Below the pieces are notes generated by a model. The model worked only from the letters and a program-made list of their open reading frames with translations, did no database searches and was not told where the DNA came from. From Thermoleophilia bacterium (GTDB taxonomy: Bacteria > Actinomycetota > Thermoleophilia > BMS3ABIN01), in the NCBI GenBank assembly GCA_014859345.1, contig JACUUL010000002.1, forward strand, positions 391 through 64,390: a DNA stretch of 64,000 bases, in the 5' to 3' direction. Positions 49,101 to 57,976 of this stretch are shown here, piece after piece. The translations under genes and the position numbers were made by a program. The stretch's first letter is position 1, and each line of letters opens with the position of its first letter.

Positions 49101-50958
49101 AATCCACTTGCTGCTCTGCCTCGGCGGCCGGTTCGATGTATATCAGGCTCTGCCCGTATTCCACGGGCTTGGCATTGTCCACCAGGATGCGCCGCACCAC
49201 GCCTTCCACTTCGCTGGTGACTTCATTCATCAGTTTCATAGCTTCCAGGATGCAGAGCGTTTGCCCCAGCTTAACCTCATCTCCTTCTTCCACGAAGGGA
49301 TCACTGGTGGGGGAAGGGGCGCGGTAGAAGGTGCCGACCATGGGCGACTTCACCACAAAATAACCTTCTTCCTCGATATCGGCAGGCGCGGCGGCTGCAG
49401 GCTCCGCGGCCGCGCCCGCTTCCAGCGCCGGCGCCTCGCCTACCGCCGCTTCCCCGCTCTTGCGCAGGGTAATTCTTGTATCGCCCTCTTCGATGGTAAC
49501 TTCCGCGATCGCAGATCTCTCAACCGCCGCGATCAACTGCTTTATCTTGTCAACATCCATTGCAGCTCCTGTAGCGCTTTCCTCGGTTTCGCCCGTCATG
49601 AACACGTCTTCCTCGACGCCGTGCAGCTGGCGCTTGAGGAAAGTCCTCGCCGTTGCGGGAAACAGGGCATAGGTCAATACATCTTCTTCGCTCTTGGCCA
49701 GGTCACCGATTTCCTCGGCGTACTGCGCCAGGGTTTCGTCTATCAGATCAGCAGGCCTCGTGGAGATGGGCTCCTCGCCGGCCAGAACCTTCTCGATTAC
49801 ATCCCTGGCAACCGGACCAGGCGCCTGGCCGTACTTACCCCTCAGATAGGACTTCATCTCGTCGGGAACAACCTGCCAGCGCTTTCCCGACAGTACATTG
49901 AGCACCGCCTGGGTGCCCACAATCTGGCTCATGGGCGTCACCAGCGGCGGATAACCAACCTCAGCCCTCACTGTCGGTATCTCCTCCAGCACTTCGGGCA
50001 GCCGGTCCAGGGCATTCTGTTCTGAAAGCTGGCTCTCTAGGTTGGAGATCATGCCGCCCGGCACCTGGTGGGAATATACCTGCATATGCGTAAGCGAAGT
50101 AACTCCGCGCTCATGACCTCCCTTAAGCCGCACGCCTTCCCAGTACTTGGCAATCTCGAACAGGCCATCCAGCTCCAGGCCGGTATCGTAAGGCGTCCCC
50201 GAGAGGGCGCTCACCACCATCTCGGTGGCCGGATTGGAAGCGCCAAATGCCAGCGGCACCGTAGCCGTATCGACCACGTCCACTCCGGCTTCTATGGCTT
50301 TGAGATATGTCATGGGCGCCAGACCGCCGATATAGTGGCAGTGCAGTTCCAGCGGCAGGTCGAATTCCGCCTTGATGCGACCGACCAGCTGCTCGCCGTG
50401 ATATGGCGACAACAGCGCCGCCATGTCCTTTATGCAGAGCGAATCGGCTCCCATATCGGCATAGATCTGCGCTACCTCGAGATAATGATCCAGAGTGTGG
50501 ACCGGACTGATCGTGTAGGAAATGGCGCCCTGGAAATGTTTGCCAGCCTCCTTGATCGCCTCGGCCGCCACCTCTACGTTGCGGGTGTCGTTAAGAGCAT
50601 CGAACACGCGGAATATATCCACTCCGTTTTCGGCCGCGCGGGCCACGAATCTCCTGACGATGTCATCTCCGTAATGACGGTAGCCAACCAGGTTCTGTCC
50701 CCTCAGCAGCATCTGCAGGGGGGTATTGGGACAGTGATGCTTGATGGTCCTGAGGCGTTTCCAGGGATCCTCGTTGAGAAACCTGATGCAGCTGTCGAAA
50801 GTGGCGCCACCCCAGACCTCCAGCGAGTAAAATCCCATCTCGTCCATACGGCCGAGGACGGGCAGCATCTCGCCGGTGCGCATGCGCGTGGCCCAAAGCG
50901 ACTGGTGGGCATCGCGCAAAGTAGTGTCGGTGATCAGGATGCGTCTGGCCTTGGTCAC
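49075..50958 (-). CDS. Pyruvate carboxylase subunit B-type carboxyltransferase fused to an AccB-type biotin carboxyl carrier
   Basis: DTTLRDAHQSL, WGGATFD, QMLLRGQNLVGY, IKDMA, QVPGGMISN, GYPPLVTPMSQIVG; C-terminal MDVDKIKQLI..., KSPMVGTFYRAPSP, EAMKLMNE. Confidence 0.9.
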   Translation of the reverse strand: MTKARRILITDTTLRDAHQSLWATRMRTGEMLPVLGRMDEMGFYSLEVWGGATFDSCIRFLNEDPWKRLRTIKHHCPNTPLQMLLRGQNLVGYRHYGDDIVRRFVARAAENGVDIFRVFDALNDTRNVEVAAEAIKEAGKHFQGAISYTISPVHTLDHYLEVAQIYADMGADSLCIKDMAALLSPYHGEQLVGRIKAEFDLPLELHCHYIGGLAPMTYLKAIEAGVDVVDTATVPLAFGASNPATEMVVSALSGTPYDTGLELDGLFEIAKYWEGVRLKGGHERGVTSLTHMQVYSHQVPGGMISNLESQLSEQNALDRLPEVLEEIPTVRAEVGYPPLVTPMSQIVGTQAVLNVLSGKRWQVVPDEMKSYLRGKYGQAPGPVARDVIEKVLAGEEPISTRPADLIDETLAQYAEEIGDLAKSEEDVLTYALFPATARTFLKRQLHGVEEDVFMTGETEESATGAAMDVDKIKQLIAAVERSAIAEVTIEEGDTRITLRKSGEAAVGEAPALEAGAAAEPAAAAPADIEEEGYFVVKSPMVGTFYRAPSPTSDPFVEEGDEVKLGQTLCILEAMKLMNEVTSEVEGVVRRILVDNAKPVEYGQSLIYIEPAAEAEQQVDFERVGDVE

Positions 50959-50967
50959 TTTTGCGCC

Positions 50968-51528
50968 CTAAACCCTTTCCACATACTCGCCGGTACGGGT
51001 GTCGATCTTAACCCGTTCTCCGTTTTTCAGGAAAAGGGGGACGTTGACAACCGCTCCCGTCTCGAGCGTGGCCGGTTTTGATCCGCCGCCGCCCACCGAA
51101 TCCCCTTTGATGCCCGGCTGGGTCTCGGTGACCTCGAGTTCCACGAATATGGGCGGGACCAGCTCCGTGGGCCTGCCGTCCACCATTAAAACTTCCACGT
51201 CCATGTTTTCCTTGACAAACCGGAGCGAATCACCAACCAGGGCCGGAGTCAGGGAAAGCTGCTCATAAGTTTCATTATCCATCAGCACTACCTCCTCCGG
51301 CGTCGCGTAAAGAAACAGCATCTTCTTGCCTTCGACCCGCACCCGCCGGAATTTCTCGCCTGCGCGGAATGTCCTGTCCAGCACCGCTCCGGTGCTGATG
51401 TTCTTGAGTTTGGTGCGCACGAAGGCGCCGCCCTTGCCCGGCTTCACATGCTGGAACTCGACTATGGTGAAAACCTGACCATCCACCTCGATGGCCATGC
51501 CGTTCCGAAAATCATTGGTTGAAACCAC
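50968..51528 (-). CDS. efp: Translation elongation factor P
   Basis: QHVKPGKGGAFVRTKLK, PGIKGD, KPATLETG, DTRTGEYVER. Confidence 0.97.
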   Translation of the reverse strand: MVSTNDFRNGMAIEVDGQVFTIVEFQHVKPGKGGAFVRTKLKNISTGAVLDRTFRAGEKFRRVRVEGKKMLFLYATPEEVVLMDNETYEQLSLTPALVGDSLRFVKENMDVEVLMVDGRPTELVPPIFVELEVTETQPGIKGDSVGGGGSKPATLETGAVVNVPLFLKNGERVKIDTRTGEYVERV

Positions 51529-51629
51529 TCTTCCTCCACCGAATCAATAAGCAAACGTAATGGCGGCGAAAGAGAATTCTACACTAAAAATGATTGGCGA
51601 TAAAAGCCGGGCGGACCCGCGCCTGTTTT

Positions 51630-52727
51630 TCAGCGCAAGCGGCGCAGCTCTCGGGGATACCTGGTCAGCAGCACCGGCCCGTTCTTTCCGACCAGCACGG
51701 TATCCTCTATCCGCACGCCGCCTGTGCGAGCCAGATAGATTCCCGGTTCAACGGTCACTGTCATGCCGGCCTTCAGGATTTCCCGGGAGCGGATTGACAG
51801 CACCGGCTGTTCATGTGCTTCCAGGCCTACTCCATGTCCCAGCGAGTGCAGAAAAGCCTCGCCATATCCGGCTGCCGTGATATGGTCCCGGGCGAGCCTG
51901 TCCAGCTCGGAGCAGGCCGCTCCCGGTTTGATCGCGTTCACGGCCATTTCTTGAGCTGTTCTGACAGTCTCATATATCTGAAGCTGTTTCTTCGCGAGCT
52001 TCCCCGTGGTAAAAGTCCTGGTCATGTCGCAACAGTAACCGTCCACGGAAGCTCCCAGATCCACAACCAGCAGCTCGCTGCTGCGAATGATCCGCTTGCC
52101 GGCCACACCATGCGGCATCGCTGAGCGCGGGCCGGATGCGACGATGATCTCAAACGGCACTGGTTCCGATCCTTCTTCACGCATGGCTGCTTCCAGCATC
52201 CACGCAACCTCCCGCTCGGTCCGGCCCACAACCCGTGAACGGTAAAGCCGTTCAAACGCGAGATCCGCCAGCCTGGCCGCCCGGCGAAGCCGGGACTGCT
52301 CCTTGCGGTCCTTGCACAACCGCTGTTCCTCGACGAAGCCGCTGGCGTCCCTTAAACGGACGCCCTTGAGGGCTCTCCTGACGGCGGCCAGTTCGCGGCA
52401 GCTTACGCGCGCGCCTTCGTAACCAAGCACTCCGGGCCGGAGCCGTTTTGCCCTGATGTAGGCGCAGGCCGCCAGAAGCGGCGGACCCGCGGCGATCACG
52501 ATTTCGAATTCCTTGACCTGGCGGGCGGCCTGCAGCCGGTAACGTGAATCTGTGAAGAATGCCTTGCGTCGCCGGGTTATCAGAGCGCATCCCGATGAAC
52601 CGGTAAATCCGGTAAGGTAACGCACATTGGGAAGATGAGAGACGAGGAGCGAATCAAAAACGGATTTTGCCGCCATGTCCGCCTCCCGATGGCCTAACCG
52701 GTTGAGCCGATCTCGGCCGCTAGCCAC
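51630..52727 (-). CDS. Xaa-Pro peptidase (M24 family)
   Basis: NVRYLTGFTGS, TDSRY, DLGA...YCCDMTRT, HSLGHGVGLEAHE, TVEPGIY, GGVRIED. Confidence 0.93.
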   Translation of the reverse strand: MASGRDRLNRLGHREADMAAKSVFDSLLVSHLPNVRYLTGFTGSSGCALITRRRKAFFTDSRYRLQAARQVKEFEIVIAAGPPLLAACAYIRAKRLRPGVLGYEGARVSCRELAAVRRALKGVRLRDASGFVEEQRLCKDRKEQSRLRRAARLADLAFERLYRSRVVGRTEREVAWMLEAAMREEGSEPVPFEIIVASGPRSAMPHGVAGKRIIRSSELLVVDLGASVDGYCCDMTRTFTTGKLAKKQLQIYETVRTAQEMAVNAIKPGAACSELDRLARDHITAAGYGEAFLHSLGHGVGLEAHEQPVLSIRSREILKAGMTVTVEPGIYLARTGGVRIEDTVLVGKNGPVLLTRYPRELRRLR

Positions 52728-53134
52728 TCCAGCGCTTCGACGTAGCCCTGGAGGCCTTTACCGGCGATGGTAACCGCGCAGACATCGCTGATCACCGACC
52801 GGCGGCGCCATTCCTCGCGGGCGTAGATGTCAGAGAGATGGACCTCCGCAACCGGCGCGTCCAATATTTCCAGCGCGTCACGGATAGCATAGCTGTAGTG
52901 CGTCCACGCGCCGGGATTGATGACGATGCCGTCGGCCCGATCGACCAGTTCGTGTATTTTTTCAACCAGATCGCCTTCATGATTGGTTTGAAAAGAACGC
53001 ACTTTCATGCCCAGCTCGCGTCCCTTCCTGACGACTTCGTTCTCCAGCATCTGAAGGGTGATGCCGCCGTAATGCTCCTGTCTGCGTCTTCCCAGCATGT
53101 CGAGATTGCAGCCGTGAAGGAGGTAAATTGTCAT
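52694..53134 (-). CDS. aroQ: Type II 3-dehydroquinate dehydratase
   Basis: LHGCNLDMLGRR, FQTNHEG, INPGAWTHYSYAIRDA, EVHLSDIYAREEWR; TAATG overlap with aroB. Confidence 0.93.
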   Translation of the reverse strand: MTIYLLHGCNLDMLGRRRQEHYGGITLQMLENEVVRKGRELGMKVRSFQTNHEGDLVEKIHELVDRADGIVINPGAWTHYSYAIRDALEILDAPVAEVHLSDIYAREEWRRRSVISDVCAVTIAGKGLQGYVEALEWLAAEIGSTG

Positions 53135-54246
53135 TAAATCGTCCATGAACCGGCTGACGCCCCCGATGCCAGACGCTCCACCTCGCTCGCGAGCAGGCCT
53201 GCGTCTACATCGCAATTGATGACCGGATCGCCGATCTTTCTGAGCAGCACCATGTTGGCGGAGATGCCGTCCGCTTTCTTGTCGGCGGCCATGGACTCCA
53301 TTACCGCCCGGGGTTCGACTCCCTTCAGGACGGTCGGCAAGCCCAGCAGCTTATGCAGCGACGCCAGGCTTTCTCCATATTCCGGAGGCAGCGAAAATAT
53401 TTTTTCCGAAAGCCTGACCGCCGCCAGCAGCCCGAGGGCCACAGCCTGCCCGTGGCTGTATAGACGGTAATTGCCGGCGGCCTCTATGCCGTGTCCTACC
53501 GAATGACCCAGGTTGAGCACCGCCCGGCGGCCATAATCGCGCTCATCCTCGGCGACTACCGCCAGCTTGTATTCGATGCAGCGTCGCACCACTGTTTCCA
53601 GGAAAGCCATGTCCAGGTCCAGCAGGCTCTGGTAACTGGTCTCCAAAGCGTCAAAAAAGTCCTCTCCGGAAAGCAGTGCATATTTGATGACCTCGGCGAG
53701 GCCTTCCGCCATCTGCTCAGGAGGAAGCGTTTTCAGGAAAACAGGGTCGGTAAGGACCATGTCGGGCTGATAAAATGATCCGACATAGTTCTTGGCCTCT
53801 GGAATGTTCACCCCTGTCTTGCCGCCGATACTGCTGTCCACCTGGGCCAGCAATGTGGTCGGGACCTGAATCAGCCTGACGCCGCGCATGTACGTGCTGG
53901 CGACAAACCCGGCAAGGTCACCTATCACTCCTCCACCCAGAGCGCAAACGGCGTCGCCACGGCGGATCTTGAGCTCAAAAAGACGGGAATACAGCTTCGC
54001 TGCCTGAGCCAGGGTCTTCGTTCCTTCGCCGGCATCCACCTCTGTCGCGGTAAATGTGAATCCGGCCTCCTCGAACGAACGTTCGATCTGGGGAAGATAC
54101 AGGCCACCCACGTTGGTATCAGTGATGGCTGCCACCTTGCCGGTATCGCCCTGAGACGCCCACAGGCTGCCGATCCGGTCAATAGAATCCACGCTGAGGT
54201 ATATTGGGTATTCCTTGCTCCGGGTGCTGGCCAGTAGTTGTATCAA
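53134..54246 (-). CDS. aroB: 3-dehydroquinate synthase
   Basis: GEGTKT, ALGGGVIGDLAGFVASTYMRG, PTTLLAQVDSSIGGKTG, LNLGHSVGHGIE. Confidence 0.95.
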   Translation of the reverse strand: MIQLLASTRSKEYPIYLSVDSIDRIGSLWASQGDTGKVAAITDTNVGGLYLPQIERSFEEAGFTFTATEVDAGEGTKTLAQAAKLYSRLFELKIRRGDAVCALGGGVIGDLAGFVASTYMRGVRLIQVPTTLLAQVDSSIGGKTGVNIPEAKNYVGSFYQPDMVLTDPVFLKTLPPEQMAEGLAEVIKYALLSGEDFFDALETSYQSLLDLDMAFLETVVRRCIEYKLAVVAEDERDYGRRAVLNLGHSVGHGIEAAGNYRLYSHGQAVALGLLAAVRLSEKIFSLPPEYGESLASLHKLLGLPTVLKGVEPRAVMESMAADKKADGISANMVLLRKIGDPVINCDVDAGLLASEVERLASGASAGSWTI

Positions 54247-54770
54247 AGGCCGGTCTTCCTTTCCCTTATAATGCCGGCAATCTCTCGGGCGATCTCAGCT
54301 ACGGTCCTGCCGCGGACATCAACCGCATATCCGGAAGCGGTGCGGTAAAAGTTCTCCCTTTCCGCATATAATTCCCCGAATCTTTCCCGGTTTAATGCCA
54401 GGGGTCGCCTGCCGTCCTGAGACCGGGCAAAAGCTTCCTCCACATCCTGGTCCAGAAAAACCACCAGTGGCTCGTCACGCAGCCGTTTTAGAACCTCTGG
54501 GATGGTGACCGCTCCCCCGCCCAGGGAGATGACCTCTCCTCCGCAGGCTGTCGCCGCTTCTTCCAGAAGGCTGAGCACTGCCGCCGCTTCTGCGCGGCGA
54601 AAGCCGGTTTCCCCCTCCGCGGCAAAGATCTCACTGATGGATTTGCCCTTTTTCTGCTCCACCACGGCGTCGGTGTCAATGAATTTCCAGCCAAGTTCCC
54701 GGGCCACGCGCTTGCCCACGGCAGTCTTGCCGCTGCCCATAAAGCCTATCAGAATCAGGCTGGGGGCCAA
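54243..54770 (-). CDS. aroK: Shikimate kinase
   Basis: LIGFMGSGKT, DTD, GETGFR, LGGG, RPL. Confidence 0.93.
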   Translation of the reverse strand: MAPSLILIGFMGSGKTAVGKRVARELGWKFIDTDAVVEQKKGKSISEIFAAEGETGFRRAEAAAVLSLLEEAATACGGEVISLGGGAVTIPEVLKRLRDEPLVVFLDQDVEEAFARSQDGRRPLALNRERFGELYAERENFYRTASGYAVDVRGRTVAEIAREIAGIIRERKTGL

Positions 54771-55975
54771 CTCCTTTTCAGCCTCCTCAGGTACATCAAA
54801 AAAGATTCCTTAGTGTCGCCGATGCAGTCTCCCGCGAATTTTTTCAGCAGGGCGCGCGCAAGCTCGATGGCTACCATGGCCTCCCCCACCACCGCTGCTG
54901 CCGGCACGGCGCAGATATCACTGCGTTCCTTGTGAGCGGGCACTCTCCGGCCGGTCAGGACATCAACCGAGTCCAGAGGCCTGGTCATCGTCGGTATCGG
55001 CTTCATCACAGCCCTGGCAACCAGAGTCTCTCCCGTGGTCATGCCGCCCTCGAGGCCTCCAGCCCGGTTCGTTTTGCGGATAAAGCCTCTATCGCTGTCG
55101 AATAATATCTCGTCCTGGGCCCTTGACCCGGGTCTGCCCGCCAGGGCAAAGCCATCACCAATCTCGGCTCCCTTTATGGCGGGAATGCTCATAAGCGCGC
55201 CGCCGATCCGGCCGGTCAGCCGCTCCGGACCAGAAGTGTGCGATCCCAGGCCGGGCACCAGACCAAAAGCCACGACTTCAAAGACGCCGCCCAGCGATTC
55301 GCCCTTGTCGCGAGCCTCGTCGATTGCCCCGGTCATCTCCTTGTCAGCCGCGGGATCCAGGCACCTGACCGGCGATTGATCGACGCTTGTAAAATCTTCA
55401 GGCCCCAGCCGGCGGCGGCCGCGGGCTTTCACCCGGCCTATGCGCACCACATGGCTGAACACGCTGACATCGAATTCATTCAGCAGGCGGCGGGCGATGG
55501 CGCCGACCGCTACCCTGGCCGCGGTTTCACGGGCGCTGGCCCTCTCCAGCACATCACGGATATCGGCAAGCCCGAATTTCTGGATGCCCACCAGATCGGC
55601 GTGACCGGGACGGGGCACTCTTACAGGCATTTCCTTGGATGACCGCCGCTTTTTCTTTCTCAGATCCGGTGAGGAGACCCTGCCTGCCGGGGGGGGCTCA
55701 ACATCCATGATACTGGCCCAGTGACGGAAATCGGCGTTAATTATCCTGATCGCAATCGGACTTCCCAGAGTTCGGCCGTGACGAACGCCTGAGGTAATCT
55801 GCGCCTCATCGGATTCGATCTTCATACGGCCGCCCCGCCCGTACCCCAATTGGCGGCGTTTTAGGTCTCGATCAATGTCCGCCTTTTCCAGATGCAGCCC
55901 GGCTGGAATGCCCTCCACGATAGCAGAAAGCTCCGGGCCGTGCGATTCGCCAGAGGTTGTGTATAGAAAGGTCAT
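54755..55975 (-). CDS. aroC: Chorismate synthase
   Basis: TSGESHG, RRQLGYGRGGRM, PRPGHAD, ERASARETA, NRAGGLEGGMT, MKPIPT, ERSD. Confidence 0.96.
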   Translation of the reverse strand: MTFLYTTSGESHGPELSAIVEGIPAGLHLEKADIDRDLKRRQLGYGRGGRMKIESDEAQITSGVRHGRTLGSPIAIRIINADFRHWASIMDVEPPPAGRVSSPDLRKKKRRSSKEMPVRVPRPGHADLVGIQKFGLADIRDVLERASARETAARVAVGAIARRLLNEFDVSVFSHVVRIGRVKARGRRRLGPEDFTSVDQSPVRCLDPAADKEMTGAIDEARDKGESLGGVFEVVAFGLVPGLGSHTSGPERLTGRIGGALMSIPAIKGAEIGDGFALAGRPGSRAQDEILFDSDRGFIRKTNRAGGLEGGMTTGETLVARAVMKPIPTMTRPLDSVDVLTGRRVPAHKERSDICAVPAAAVVGEAMVAIELARALLKKFAGDCIGDTKESFLMYLRRLKRSWPPA

Positions 55976-56043
55976 TTTCCAAAGATCCGATCTTTGTCGC
56001 TTTAAATCTGCCGCCAGGAAATACCACCGGCTTGCAGCAGATC

Positions 56044-56559
56044 CTATTTGGTCGGCAAGGGAGCCGGCGCCGGGGCCGGCGCAGGAGCGCGGGGTGACGT
56101 TCTGTCAGCCGGAGGCGAGACTGGCTGGGCCTGGCTCGGCGTGAACGGTGAAGTTGGCTGAACCGTGACCGGTGACGGCACTATTGCTGTCTGGGTGGTT
56201 CCCGTCGGCGTGACCGCCGAGTTTTCCGCGACTCCGGCACTGAACAACTGCACGAAAGGATCCTTTCTGGAGAAAATCCTGCTCCAGATAGTAGCTTCGC
56301 TGGGAGACACTATTTGATCGGCTCTCTCCGGCGAAGCAGGACTTACCGGCGCTTGCGCGGTTGTGGCCGCCGTCGATGTTCTCGACGTTCTGGCCGTGCC
56401 CACTGTGGGCCTTGTTTCGGCCGTTTCCCGCGGCGACTCTGCCGCAGGTTCCTCTCCACACGAGATTGCCAGTCCCACCGCCATTATGATCAGCAAGATG
56501 GCGCCTAGCGCCGCTATCAACGGCGATGCATTCAAAATCCTGTTTTCTGATTCATTCAT
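56044..56559 (-). CDS. Putative PilP-like membrane-anchored or lipoprotein, mostly low complexity
   Basis: TM helix ending LAISC, RKDPF motif, Pro/Thr/Ala-rich; occupies the pilP position after pilO. Confidence 0.55.
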   Translation of the reverse strand: MNESENRILNASPLIAALGAILLIIMAVGLAISCGEEPAAESPRETAETRPTVGTARTSRTSTAATTAQAPVSPASPERADQIVSPSEATIWSRIFSRKDPFVQLFSAGVAENSAVTPTGTTQTAIVPSPVTVQPTSPFTPSQAQPVSPPADRTSPRAPAPAPAPAPLPTK

Positions 56560-56571
56560 GAGTTCCTCATC

Positions 56572-57237
56572 CTAAGGCGCTGCGGCCCGGTTGGCCTCGC
56601 CTTCACCGTTTCCGGTTTCCCCGGTGTCTGCAGGCGGCGTGGCCGGACCGGCGACCGCGGCCTGGGGAGACCCGGTCATGAAGGCATTCAGTCCCAATTT
56701 TACCAGAACATCGGGGAACCCGGCCTCAACCGAAGCCTCGCTGATTTCGATGGTCACCACACTAACCAGGCGGCCGCTGACGTTGATGTCATTTCCTTCC
56801 AGTCTGGCGAAATTCTCAATCCGGAACAGAAAATCGTTAACATCGAAGAAATTTCCCTGAAACTCCATATCAAAAGGAATGACGGTGTTTCCATTGGGTC
56901 CGGGGAACGCATCCGTGGGCTCTATCTTCATAAATTCGATGCCGGCCTCGTTTGCGCTCTGCTGCAGCTCCACGATGAGCGACGGCACCTGTTCATCCGC
57001 GGGCACCAGTTTGTACAGTTTGAGCAATTCTCCGGTAGCCAGAGAGGCGGCCTGACGCTCCTCGCCTATACGCCTGATTCTTTCCCGGTTCGTTTCAAAC
57101 GACTCGCGTTCAGTCTTCAGTTGGCCGTCGACGTCGGCAACTTCATCCCGTTTGGGGCCTATGATCAGAAAGTACCAAGCCACCAGCAGCACCACTATGC
57201 CGAGGCCTACCAAAATGCCTATGTCACGTCTCTTCAC
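56572..57237 (-). CDS. pilO: Type IV pilus assembly protein PilO
   Basis: N-terminal TM, coiled-coil, LVP...VPSLIVEL..A..AGI.F, FQGNFFDVNDFLFRIE, RLVSV. Confidence 0.85.
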   Translation of the reverse strand: MKRRDIGILVGLGIVVLLVAWYFLIIGPKRDEVADVDGQLKTERESFETNRERIRRIGEERQAASLATGELLKLYKLVPADEQVPSLIVELQQSANEAGIEFMKIEPTDAFPGPNGNTVIPFDMEFQGNFFDVNDFLFRIENFARLEGNDINVSGRLVSVVTIEISEASVEAGFPDVLVKLGLNAFMTGSPQAAVAGPATPPADTGETGNGEGEANRAAAP

Positions 57238-57976
57238 GTGATCCTCCCTCGACGGCGGCGCTCTCCTCCGGCACAGTGCCGTTGGTTACCGGCCCGCGAT
57301 CGGTGCCGGTGGCTCCGGTGGGCGTTACCCGCGACGGCCCGGTTTCCCCAGTAGTCGGCGCCGCCACAGGTCGCTGCGCTTCTTCCATAGTAAGAGAAGC
57401 TGTAATGATGAAGTGGATAGCTCTTTCGTTGCCGATAATTTCTACTTCAGCCAGGCTCAGAGTAACATCGGTCACCGATGGTATCAGCCCCAGCCTCACC
57501 ATGAATATGGCTACATCCGGCATGCTGCGGGTATGACCTTCGAACTCGAGCTCATCCTGCATGGTCTGCCTGGTGGGGGTCGCGCCGGCCACAGTTTCTG
57601 GCACCTGCCCCCTGATCCTGGTCAGGGAGAGTTCTTCCGGAACTACAAAGGACAAGTCATCGAGCATTCGCGACCAGCGGAAACGGAGCTGATAGACGCC
57701 GGTAACGGAACTCAGGCGCTCCTGCCTCTGGCTCTTGAGCACTTCGATCCGGTCAAGCTCGGCCACCTGGCTGGCCTGCTCGTCATTGAGGCGCCTGAAG
57801 CTTTCCAGCTCCTCCTGTGTGTTGTCCATCTTGTTGACATAATAGAAATAGCTGCCTACAAGAACCAAGGCGAGCAGCACAATGGCCACCAGCGGGAACA
57901 GAAGGCCCTGACGCCTGAGCTCCCTGCGTTTCACATCAGCCGGTACAAGATTCACGCGCGGCATGTTATTCCTCAT
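57224..57976 (-). CDS. pilN: Type IV pilus assembly protein PilN
   Basis: RVNLVP PilM-binding motif, TM helix, coiled-coil, WSRMLDDLSFVVPE. Confidence 0.85.
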   Translation of the reverse strand: MRNNMPRVNLVPADVKRRELRRQGLLFPLVAIVLLALVLVGSYFYYVNKMDNTQEELESFRRLNDEQASQVAELDRIEVLKSQRQERLSSVTGVYQLRFRWSRMLDDLSFVVPEELSLTRIRGQVPETVAGATPTRQTMQDELEFEGHTRSMPDVAIFMVRLGLIPSVTDVTLSLAEVEIIGNERAIHFIITASLTMEEAQRPVAAPTTGETGPSRVTPTGATGTDRGPVTNGTVPEESAAVEGGSREET

